Shown here in pieces: positions 33,427 through 45,030 of a stretch of DNA of 64,000 nucleotides. Position 1 is the first letter of the stretch. The number at the start of each line of letters is the position of its first letter. This stretch comes from Raillietiella orientalis (taxonomy: Eukaryota). Position numbers and translations under genes: made by a program. The notes beneath the pieces are model-generated. The model was not told the DNA's origin. It saw only the letters and a list, made by a program, of their open reading frames with translations, and did not search any database. Location of the stretch: contig JAYWIR010000096.1 of the NCBI GenBank assembly GCA_036172245.1, positions 62,001 through 126,000 on the forward strand, in the 5' to 3' direction.

Positions 33427-36400
33427 TTGGCGAGTGGAGGTGTGTTTCCTTCGCTCCCGAGTGACTCGACAGGAAGCGGTTTTTTTTCTTGTGTTGTTTG
33501 GTGTAGAACATCGTTGGTGTCCGATGGCAGCAATGCCTGAGGACACCACGATGGAGGTAGGTGTGAGGGAGGCTTGCCCACCCCCACAGCCTACAGAATC
33601 AGGGGCGTCCGCCCCGGAATCGCCCTCGCCGCTAAAGGCGAGGAGCTGGAGCGCCATGGTGGCCGCGCCGAGCGCGGAAACCATGGCCGAGATGGCGCCC
33701 TACCGGGCAGCTGGGTACAAGCACAGCTTGGTTTACCAGGTGAGCAATCTCTTTGACGGGCGAACTGCACGCGCTTTTTCGAAAGCGCTGCAGAACGACA
33801 ACGTGTTGGAAAACGACCTTGACGGTCTATCCGTGCTCAGCGGGGGTCAGCGCGTCGAGGTTGTCTGCAAGGACATCACCTTGGCGCAAAGCTTGATTAC
33901 CACCCCCCTATACGTGGACGGACGCAAGATCCTACCAGTCACGATGGACCGCTCCGTAGTGGTCCATCTGACAGGGATCACCAGCCGCATGACGTGGTCT
34001 GCGGTTGGTGATCAGTTGAAAAAGTATGGGGATGTTCACGCGCTATGGCCAAAGGCCACAATCTTCGATGGCTACGATAGCCTTTTCGGAGGGCAGGCCG
34101 CCGCGCGCGTGACGCTGAAGAAGAGTGGTCTTCCCCACAAACAAGAGGTCAATGGCGGAGACGTAGACCTCTGGAAGGTACGGAAACCCCGCTTTTGTGG
34201 CTAATGCAATGCAGTAGGACACTTGCACAAGCGGTGCCCGAACATTGTGTTCCACTTATGCGGAGAGAAGGGCCACGTACGCCGCGTATGCCCTAAACGC
34301 CCCACTCCGGTGCCGCCTGCAGCAAAGAAAGCAAAGGCAAAACGCGGTAACCTGATCGAAAGACCAAAAAGAGATACTGGCCGGCAGCAGCCGCTAGCCC
34401 CTCTTCCTCCCACACAGGCGTCGAAAACAAAACCCTCCGAAGACGCGGGAGTCCAATACGGTTGGCAGCTGGTCAAGGCCAGAAAGGAGAAAAAAATGCC
34501 ATCCGCGGAACCCGCGAAAGCGGTAAAAAAGACAGACGGCAAGGCGAAAAAACCTGGGCCGCGCTCTAAGACCATGCGGGAGTGTACGGTAGCACTGGAG
34601 CGCATAGCCGTTCCCGAGATTGCCACCCGGGGCGACGAGCCTTCCCTCGCCGTTTCCGCCACGCCCGAGGTTCGCGACGGCGAATCCTCTGTTTACACAG
34701 AGGGTGAGCCGCGCGAAATAGCGACGGTCGAAGCCGAGGACGCCGCGTTCACTCAGGCAGCGGAGGAACTCGCGGCCACGCTGGCCGAGCGTGGGAACCC
34801 CTCGCGCAAGGCCGTGCGAAGGCCGGCAGCCGCGAAAAAGGCCCCCACTGTTTAGTCGGACCTGGGGGCCAAAAGTGCATCCTCCTCCTCGGAGGCACCC
34901 CCAAGGAAGTCGGGACGCAAGTCCCAGAAACCCAGGAGGCGCGACCCCTCCACCAGCGAGGAGGAGAAGCAGGAAGGTAGCGGTAGCATGGGAATCCCGG
35001 AGGGGGAACTCCCACGCTCGGAAGCCGTCGAGCCGGCCACCCCCATGGAGGAGGGTGAGCAGGGGGGGGGAAGTCCTCCCTGCAGTCGCCGAGCCTGAAC
35101 AGCCCGCCCCCATGGAGGAGGGCCAACAGGTAGGCGCGACCCCACCTGAGGGTGACCTGCTCGACGCGCCGTTACCGATGGAGGAGGGGGACCAGGTGCA
35201 CGCAGCGCCTGAATCTCCTCCTCCACCTAGCGTCCCGCCCCAATAGGTGGCGGACGCCGCATCGCCATCTTCCCAGGAGTAACACCTGGACTCGCCAGTC
35301 GCCGTCGGATTCGCGCCGCCTGTTGGAACGTCAACGGGCTGCGCGACGACGGTAACAGGCAAGATACGGCCGACAACCTGCGTGAGCTCGACCTGGCCCT
35401 GCTGCAGGAGATCCACTTGATCACCGCGGCAGACGCCCAGGAGAACGAGACGATCGCGGAGGTTCGGTTGTATTGGCGGTGCGGCCTCCGCAACACCTGC
35501 AGGGTTGCGTTCTTCGTGAAGCCGTCCGTCGACGCTGCCGTGAAGGGCATGCGCTTCGATGACGACGGTCGGGTCGGTCAGCTGATTCTCAGCTGGTCCG
35601 ACTCGATCGAACTGATCGTCACGAATGTGTACGCCGCCAAAGGTAAACAGGGATACAGCGACCGTACCAGGCTGCTGCAATCTTTGAAGCGCGACTGGCT
35701 GGCGGACACTAACGTGCGGAAGGCTCACCTGATAGCGGGAGATTTCAATCTCTGTCTGCTAACAGGTGAGCCAGAAACACAAGAGAACGCGATGAACGAG
35801 TTGTGCGCCGCCATGCGTGCGCGCAACCCGTTCGCGGGTGAGAGGGGAATGGTCCGCAGCATCGACCACGTCTTCCTCGACGCTGACCAGTGTTCACGGG
35901 TCGGCAAACGGGGGAGGGTTGCGTCGACGTTGTCGGACCATTCTCGGTTAATTTTCGAGATGCGGCCTCGCGACAAAGGACCGCCATCCAGAGACTGGCG
36001 TCTGCCGAGGGACTGGACGCGACTCTCAGGTGCGAAGGAACACCATCGCGAATACCTGAGAGGCGTCACGCTCCGAAATCTCCAGGACTGGGACCTTTTT
36101 AAGGAATCGGTCCGAGAGTTCGGTGAGCAGTTCCCCCTGGATCGCCTGCCCCCGGATTCGGCAAGAGTGCTTGCAACCATCATGCCTATTCACAGGCTCG
36201 TAGGTACGAGAGAACCCCTAATGTCCGTCGCCTGGCCGAGTACCACGCCGGGGCCGAACGCCAAGCATGGCAATCCGGGTCGGCCAGCTTGCTGGACGAC
36301 CAGGGCCGTGAATGTTCCTCCCCGGCGTCGGTACGGAATCTCGTGCGGAGTTTTTATTCCTCCCTTCACGGCAGGGAGCCCCCATATCGAAACGCTTCTC

Positions 36401-39124
36401 GGCGCTTGCTTCCGGATGACGCCCCGGCAATAGGGGAGGAGGAGATGGAAAGCCTCGACGAGCCTTTTACCACCGGCGAAATTCTCGCCGGTATCAAAAG
36501 GCTCAAGAGGCGTAAAGCTCCAGGGGAAGACGGCTTGCCCGCAAAGTTCTTTCAGAGCTTCGCGGAAGAGCTGGCACTCCTGCTGCTTAAGTTGATCAGG
36601 CTGATCCGAGACGAAGGCGATGTTCCCGCCTCGTTTCAATGAGCCAGAGTGAGGCTCCTTCCGAAAGGGGGAGACCTCAAGGATTTGAAGAACTGGCGTC
36701 CGATCACGATCGTGAATACGGACGCCAAGTTGATCGCAGGGCTATGGGCTTCGCGTCTGGGGTAGGTGGCAGAATCCGTAATTAGCCCAGAGCAGACTTA
36801 TGCTGTTCCCGGGCGAAGTATGGATGCCAACCTCTTCTTCGCAAGCACATGGGTGCACCTGCAGAGAAGAGAAAAGAAAGGGATAGGGAAAGTGGGCAAC
36901 CCCACATTAAGGCCGCTAGCCGGGCTGGGAAGGGACCCCCGGGCAAGGAAAGGGGCCCTAGCGCTCGCAGTCGATCTCCACAAGGCGTTCGATTGCGTAG
37001 ACCAGGAACTCCTCTTGGAGCTCCTGGGTCGCATGGGCTTTCCACCCTCTTTGATTTCCTACCTGCGCTCTTGCTGGCGGAATGCGATAATTACCGTCTC
37101 TTTCAGCGGTCACAAGGTGCATGGAGTGCCGGTGCAGCGGGGCATAAGGCAGGGAGATAGCCTAAGCCCCCTGGTCTTGAGCACCTATTTTGAGTTGGTG
37201 CTGAGAGCGTACAGGGTGAATCTGGTCCCATTGCCAAGCTCGTTCCCCGGCACGTCCGCCGTTGCAGCGTACGCCGACGATGTTCTACACTTGTTGCCAA
37301 TGTCCACCCCGGCAAAGGCGGTCGGAGACTTCTTCGATCTGCTCAGCCGCGGGACCGTACTGCAGGTTAACAGGGCGAATTCGTCGGTGGTGCCAATAGG
37401 TGCGGCGTGGGCAGGGCAGCAGGACTGGATCCGCTTGGGGATCCCCACGGGCAGGTGCTTCAAGCACCTTGGCGTTCCGTTGGGCGACTTCTGCGTTGCA
37501 GAAGCCTGGTAGGACCGTCTCCAAAAGGTGGAGTTGGCGATCGGCCCGTTCCGGAACCGCAAGTTTTACTTGCAGGAGCGGGCCGCGGTGTGGAACGCGT
37601 TCGCGGCCCCCCACCTTCGCCCCTTACTTTTTGTTTGCCCCGCCCCTCCCATCATACAGAGACGGACCAAAGCCCTCTAGAGGACTGCCCTTTGGGGCAC
37701 AGCGAGGTCGCGAGTCCGATTGAAATACTTGTGCGCTCCACGCAGGGATGGTGGCTTGGGCCTCCTTACGTTGGAGCGCATCCAAAATCAAACAACAATT
37801 CAAAATTTAGCCCTTGCGGCTTGCTTATGGATGACGCCATGGTGCGATCGGGCACGGCTCCTCGCGAGAAGAGCGACCGGCTGCAGAGGATTGTCCTCGA
37901 TCCTCGTGGCCTACCAGCGCAGCCTCTGCAACTGTGGCCCCGAGTTGCGCCAGATGGTCGCCCTGATGAGGGAGAATACCTGGATCTCCTGTCTCTCCGC
38001 TAACTGCACTGCCTGGCTTCAGGAGTCAGCTTACGCGTGGGCTAAGATCAACGACACGAGCGAGGCGGAATACAACTGCCTACGACGAGGACCGTACGCT
38101 CGACAGCCGCTGCAGGATATTATCAACACGCTTCGGAAATTTCTGTGGGCTTCTCTCAGCCCCCTTGCCCCCGTTCTGTCCTCCCTAAAAAACTTAAGGA
38201 GCAGAAACGAGCGGGCATCGTGGGAAGTGTCCTGCCTCAGCCGAGGCAGGAAATAACCTACAAATGCGTGGACGACTCGGGAGATCAAGGACGCTGCCAC
38301 CCCCAGCGTCCCGCCTCACGGACTTGCGCGCTAGGGAGTGCTGCGTGCAATACTCCCGGAGGAGTTGAAGTGGCCCTTAGCGTGTTGAAATTGCGGCACA
38401 CTTCCGTTGAAGTGGCAGGAGACGGCGTTGCTATTTCTGCACTGGGGACTGTTAAGCAGAGCACGCCTGTCTCACTGGACACTGGAGTATGTGGATGCCC
38501 GCTGTGGCGAGTGCGGAGAAAGAGATACCTTCCCGCATCTCATTCTCGAGTGTGTCGCCCTGAATGGTCTCTGGAGTCGAATCGCCCCAATCCTCCAGCT
38601 TCCAGTAGACGACCCTAAGGAAATTTACCGTCCCCTCTTTCTTTGCGACGGTCTGCGCCCCGCTGCGTCTCTAGCAGTCCTCTGCTGCGTGCGCGGCATT
38701 GTGCAAAGGTGGCACGCCAGAAGAAGAGGCTCAGGATGCAAAGACGCCATCCACTGGATGACGATCCCTTTAGAGATGGCGACAGGGTGGCGTCTACCTT
38801 TCACAATAAGAACCGAACTGGACTGCATCCTCAACATTATGCGGAGGACCGACTTAGGCGCCCAGTAATCCCTTCCCTGCCGCTTCCTTCTCCCCATACA
38901 ACGGTTTCCCTCCTTGTTATGTCTCTTTTTGTTTGATTTTGTTCTAGTTTTCCCTTCCCATGCGCCTCGGAAATGGACCTAACCGGTATATGCACCGGCA
39001 ACCGACAAGTCAACCAAGGTGGGAAAACCAAGTGTTTCCCACAATTAACTTTTGAAAGACTTTATTATCTAATTCTTGTAGAAAATTAGAATAATAAATG
39101 CCTCGGCATATCCTTGTGGCAAAC
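33427..39124 (+). mobile_element. Full-length but chimeric, degenerate LINE 'L' (Z-type 5' part, V-type 3' part)
   Basis: ORF1 33524-35282 and ORF2 35282-38868, both with stops; matches Z copies up to about 37425 and matches 57757-59462 after that. Confidence 0.88.
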
Positions 39125-40667
39125 TTTGGCCGCGCTTGAGCACTCCAGGCCCTGGTCGTCGAGCAGACAAGCTGCTCCTGACTGCCAGACCTGGCGCTCG
39201 GCCTTGGCCTTGTACTCCGCAAGGTACCAGACGTCCGGGCATCGGAAGAATTGGCGGGCCTGCAAAAACTTTCTGCTGTTGGCCACGCCTTCATCGAAGC
39301 CACGCGGAAACAAGCGCAAGGGGACTCGGCTGCAGAACTCGCGGACCGATCTTTTCAGATCGTCCCAGTTCACGAGCTCTCGAACGGCAAAGGTCCGGAG
39401 ATGCTGGCGGAGGTGCTTCGCAGCCACCGGCTATCTCAACCAGTCGGCCGGCAACCTTTAGACGTGCGTCGGAGGGCCCTTGCCAGGCGGGTGTATCTCA
39501 AACTTCAGCCTGTAGTGGTCGGAAACCTCGGACGGCACGGGACCTCTTCGACCCACCCGACAATGCAGGTGATCGTCGAGGAACACATGGTCCGGCAAAG
39601 CACGCATCCCGGGATCGTCGGCCAGCAAATTCGAGGCGTGCACCGACGGGCACACCTTGTTCACCAGCCGTTTCTCCCGGCGACGGTGAGACTCCTTCGA
39701 TAGCGCGTGGACGTTTAAGTCCCCGGCTACGAGGTGAGCCACGTCGGCGCCGGAGTTGCTGAGCCAGCGGTCGCGCAGTCTCTCGAAGAACTCCAGTTTC
39801 TCGGTGTGACGCGCGGAGCCGCTTGGCGCGTACACGTTCGTGACGACAAGGTTGATCGATTCGGACCACTTGAGAACAAGATGGCCCACACGACCTTCCT
39901 CGTCGAAACAAACACTCCGCACCGCTCCCGCCACCCTGCCCCAGAGAAGGAATGCGACTCCGCAGATATTCTGGGAGCCTGACCTCCAATGGAGCGTCCC
40001 GCCTGCGCGAACTTGCAGATTGGCCGCTTGCTGTTCGGAAAGTGCGTGAATCTCCTGCAGCAGGGCCAGATCGAAGTCGCGCAAGACGTTGGCAACCAAT
40101 TGGTTCTTCTCGTTGTCCTGCAGCCCGTTGACGTTTCAACAGGCCACTCGGACGCGACGTGAAGAAGCGAGACCGCGCATTGCTGCTACGGATATGGAGG
40201 TGCGTTCCTCGCCCCGTCCGGCGAGGCATCAGCCGGGAGCACGGCGGATGAGGTAGCGCAAGCGCTTCCTGTCCCCGCCGCGCCGCTCGCGGCCGGCTCG
40301 GTGGAGTCGAGGACCATTGCCTCGGGCTCCGAGGAGCATCGGGAACCGTTCCCGGCATCAGGCTCTTGCCTGGCAAGTTTTGGTTTGCGCGCAGCCCTTG
40401 CCTTGACCGGGGCCTGGCGAGCCTTAGCGCTGCCCTCGGACTCCACCTCGGAGTCCGAATTGCGCGCGCGCGGCGGCGGGCGTTTCGCCTGCCTCTTTGT
40501 TTGCTGGCAGCCCGGAGCTGGTCCAGCACTCTTAGAGGGTGCCTTCGTCGCCGATCCCCCTTTCGGGGTCACGGCTTCGGCAGCTCTCATCTCGCTGCGG
40601 GTGTTTGCGGCAGCGCGCGCGGCGGCAGCAGAGGCTTTTCCTTGCGCCTTCTTGAGTGCGCGGGGTT
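39125..40667 (-). mobile_element. LINE fragment 'M': ORF1 C-terminus (stop 40186) and EN/linker pseudogene (ATG 40180)
   Basis: LQEIH, NVYAP, GDLN, PDH, SDH, WDDLK, LLDDQGLECSSAAK. Confidence 0.87.
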
Positions 40668-43600
40668 GCCTACACCTCAGGCGGGAAAGGGGGATACAGC
40701 TACCGTACCACGTTGCTGGAAACCCTGAAGCCGGATTGGCTGGCCGACACGAATGTGCGGAAGACACACCTGATAGCTGGGGACTTTAATCTCCGTCTGC
40801 TGTCAGGTGAGCCCGAAGCACAAGAATGCACAGTCAACGAGTTGTGCGCTGTCATGCGCACGCGCAACTTGTTAGGGGACGCGGAGGAAATGGACCGCAG
40901 CATCGACTACTTCTTACTGGATGTCGTCCTGTGCTCGCGGGTCGGCGAACGGGGAAAAGTTGCGGCGACGCTGTCGGATCATTCCAGGTTAATCGCCGAG
41001 GTCTGCCCGCGCGAGAAAGGACCCCTGTTTAGGGCGTGGCGGCTGCCTGCGGACTGCACGCGGCTCTCAGGTGCGAAAGAACACCTTCGCGAATTCCTGA
41101 GAGGCGTGACCCTCCGCAGTCTCAAAGATTGGACCTCTTCAAGGCCTCGGTCCGCGAGTTCTGTGAGGTGTTCCTCATGCACAGCGTGCCCCTCGGATTT
41201 GGGGAGGATGCTTGGAAGCATACGGCCTATTTACAGGCCCGCCGGTACGACAGGACCCCCAATGTCCGTCGCCTGGCCGAATATAAAGCCGGGGCCGAGC
41301 GCCAATCCTGGCAATCCGGGTCATCCAGCTTGTTGGAAGGCCAGGGCCGAAAGCAAACGGCCCCACCCGCGATCAGGCACCTCGTGCGGCATTACTATTC
41401 CTCTCTCTACGCTACAGCACCCCCAAAGCGGGACGCATCGCGGCTTCTGCTTCCGGACGGAACCCCGGCGACAGGGGAGGAGGAGAGGATCAGCTTCGAC
41501 GAGCCTTTTTCTACCGGTGAAATTCTCACCGGTAGAAAAATGCTTTCAATGCTTCGCGGCAGAGCTGGCCCCCCTGGTGCTGCAGTTGACCCGGCTGATC
41601 CGAGACGAAGGCGACATTCCCGCCTTGTTTCGGTCAACCCGTGTGAGGCTCCTCCCGAAGGGAGGACACCTGAGATCCTTAGGCAACTGGCGTCCGATCA
41701 CAATTGTGAATACGTACCCCAAGCTGGTCGCTGGACTGTGGGCTTTGCGTCTAGGACAGGTGGCAGACTGCATAATTAGCCCGGAGCAGACATACGCTGT
41801 TCCCGAGCGAAGTATGGATGCCAACCTGATCTTCGCGAGCACATGGTTCCATGTGCAGCGCTGCCTAAACGACACTGGCTCGAAGATTGGCAACCCTACT
41901 TTGGGGCCGCTAGCTGGGCTGGGAATGGACACCCGGGCTGGGAATGGGGCCCTAGCGAGCGCGGTCGATCTCCATAAGGCGTTCGACTGCGTTGACCAGA
42001 AGCTACTGTTTGAGCTCCTGGGTCGCATGGGCTTCCCACCCTCCCTTCTCTCCTTCCTGCGCTCCTTCTGGCGCAACGCCATAATTATCTTCACTTTCTC
42101 CAGCGAACAGGTGTACGATGTGCCGGTGCGGCGGGGCATACGGCAGGGCGATAGCCTCAGTTCCCTGCTCTTTAGCACCTACCTTGAGTTCGTGCTGAGA
42201 GCGTACAGTGTGACCTTGGCTGCCCTGCCCAGCTCGTGCCCCGATACGACCGCCGTAGCAGCATGCGCCGACGATCTTCTGCTCATGTTGCCCATATGCG
42301 TCCCGGCAGCCGCAGTCGAGGACTTCTGCGACCTGCTAAATCGTGGGAGTGGACTTCAGGTAAACAAGGCGAAGTCGTCGGTCGTACCGGTGGGTGCGAC
42401 GTGGGTCGGACGGCCTGACTGGATCCGCTTGGGGATCCCCGCGGCCAGGTACCTGAAGCACTTGGGTGTCCTGTTGGGGGAATTCTGCCTCGCAGAAGCC
42501 TGTTCAGGAAATCTTAAAAAGGTAGAGGTGGCAATCGTACCGTTTCTGGAATGCTGGTTTCTTCTGCATGAACAGGCCGCGGTGTGAAACACGTTCGCGG
42601 CTTCAATACTCCGCCCCCTGCTCTTTGTTTGCCCCGTTCCCCGTGACATCAAAAAGAGGACCAAGGACCTATTCCGCATCGCCCTCTGTGGCAGCGGGAG
42701 GCCACGTGTGCCTCTAGATTAATTATGCGCTCCTCGTCGGGACGGCGGTCTTGGCCTCCTGACGCTGGAGCGCCTGGACATACAGCTGCGATGGCGCACC
42801 CTCACCATCGCAGCAAAGTCATGGAGCACCCCTTGGTGCGTTCCGGCCCGCATCCTTGCCAGCCGTGTGTCCAGGACTCAAGGACTCGCGTCGTACCTTC
42901 TGTGCTCTGGCAGGAAGGTCAGAAGATTCGGCCTTCTTTTTAAGCGCATGGAAGCCCTGGTGAGAGACAACGGTTGGACGGTATGCAGCTTCGCCAACTC
43001 CTCCGCCTGGCTGAAGGAATCCGTTGCGACGTGGGCCAAGCTGAACCTCCAGACTTCCCCTGACTGCAACCGCCTGCGATTCGGCCCCAACGCCTGCTGC
43101 ACATTGCGGACTACCCTGGAGTCTCCCGCTAGGAGCACGTGGGCTGAGACTACCCCTCTAGCCTCGACCCTGCCCTTCCCACGAAGGGCTTTAACCAGCG
43201 GCCGCAAGCCAAAGTGGCAAGTCTCCTGCCGAATCGCAGGCAAGGAAAAGAAGATGAGCGGCTGGACCATGGAAGAACTCGGAGATGCCACGACCCCGAG
43301 TGCCCTCCCGCGTGGACTTCGTCGATGGGGCGAGCTGCTCGACATCCCGACGGATGACCTGAAGTGGCCCCCAATATTAATCTGATCTAGGCTTCTTCCC
43401 CTGAAGTGGTAAGTGTCGGCGCTGCTGATGTTGCACTGGGGTCTACCCTGCAACGCGCGATGCTTCCAATGGACGCGGGGGAGTGTAAGGCCTGAGTGTG
43501 GCAGGTGTGGAGAGCGGGAATCGCTCCCCCACCTACTAGTTGACTGTGCTGCCCTCCGACCCCTGTGGAAACGGTTCGGGACGACCCTCGGGCTCCCTAC

Positions 43601-44082
43601 GGGCAGCACCCCCAGAGACGTTCTTCGGCCCCTCTTCGTGAAGGACGCACTGCAGCCAGCCGCAGCCATCGCAGCCTTGTGCTGCGTCCGTGGCATCGTG
43701 GCGGCATGGAGCGACGCCAACAACGAAGGAGTGGGTCCACAGGCGAGGGATGTCATCTTGTATGCCCAACGCTTCTTGCCAAGAGCTGCCGGATGTCCCC
43801 AACAGGGAAATATGCAGACATACCTCGAGTAGTTCGTTCGACGGATGGGCCCTCCCCACAGCGACCAGTGATGCCTTCCCTGCCCTCCAACTTCGTTTTG
43901 TTTGTTTCTTTTTTATATTTTTATTTTTGTTTTATCCCCATTCGCCTTCGCTGCTGAGGAACGCTACGCTGGGCTGGGTCCCGGCGTTTCGGCAGGTCCA
44001 GTGCGTATGACCGTGAGCGGAGCCTTGTACCGCGGATGTAGAGTTTTAACAATAAGCGCCCTGTGCGTACTTGGGTGTAAAC
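40668..44082 (+). mobile_element. 5'-truncated degenerate LINE (family U): partial EN, RT, CCHC, 3' UTR
   Basis: GDFN, SDH, DLHKAFD, GIRQGDSLS, CADD, CGRCGERESLPHLLVDC; ends aataagcgccctgtgcgtacttgggtgtaaac. Confidence 0.88.
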
Positions 44083-44393
44083 CCCCAAGGCTGGCAAGAA
44101 GGCCGTCAGACGTCCGGCTTCTTCTCAGGACTCAACCACTTGCGACCACGAGGTGGAGGCCGGAAACATAGCGCCTCAGGAGGCGGCGAACGGCGGACGC
44201 AATTGTTGTGCGCTCCGTGGATAAGGAGTTTTTCTTTCCTGGTGTTTCGTGTATGTTTCGCGGCCGTTGACAGGCAGAAATGCCTGTGAACGCCGCAGTT
44301 TAAGGTAAGGGAGGCGGGAAGACCGCGTCTCCCAAGCCAAAGGAAATGGGATCACGCCCCACCACTTCTTCTGAACCCGCCATCACGGCGAGG
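44083..44393 (+). other. Short ORF1 fragment (KAGKKAVRRPA) followed by a probable LINE 5'-UTR/ORF1-start fragment
   Basis: 44083-44167 matches 59495-59580; next come GGACGC, a T-rich leader and an ATG at about 44280. Confidence 0.55.
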
Positions 44394-45030
44394 GCCGTTA
44401 ATGCGCTGCGCGACGTGCACTTCGACGGGGAAGGTCAAATCGGACAGCTTGTTGCCAAGTGGTCCGACGCGATCGACCTCGTCGTGACCAACGTGTACGC
44501 GAGCGGCACGAGCCACAGGCGCGGGGAACGCACTGCGTTCTTCGAAGGCCTGCGGCGAGATTGGATGGCCGAAGCAGACATGCGAAAGGCGCACCTCATT
44601 GCCGGGGACTTTAACGTCCGCCTGCTGGCAGGTGCGCCCGACATTCGCGCACAGCTGGTCAACGAGATGTGCGCTGCCATGCACGCGCGCAACTTGTTGG
44701 CCGGTGACGCCGGGACGGAGACGAGGATCGACCACATGTTCCTCGACAACCACCTGTGTTCGCGGGTGGGAAATCGAGGGGCAGTGCCATCCGAAATTTC
44801 CGACCATCCCCGACTCGTGCTAGAAATACACCCGCGCGGTGGAGGTCCACCCTCCACAGCGTGGCGTTTGCCAGGGGACTGGTTGCTCCTCGCAGGAGCA
44901 GCGCAACTTCTTCGCTGCTTCCTGCAAGGCTTTCATCTGCAGTCGCTCGCCGACTGGGACGACTTGAAGAGCTCAGTCCGCGAGTTCTGCGACCAGCTTC
45001 CCCTGAACCGTCTTCCTCCAGGTTTCGGCG
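44394..45030 (+). pseudogene. EN fragment of the J family, cut at PPGFG
   Basis: Near-identical to about 29845-30484. Confidence 0.88.

Noticed and set aside
34394..35728. Long antisense ORFs (also 27289-28194, 29095-30285, 39498-40529, 48387-49421)
   Set aside because: They are shadow frames of GC-rich LINE ORFs with no recognisable motifs, and their ends are not consistent between copies.
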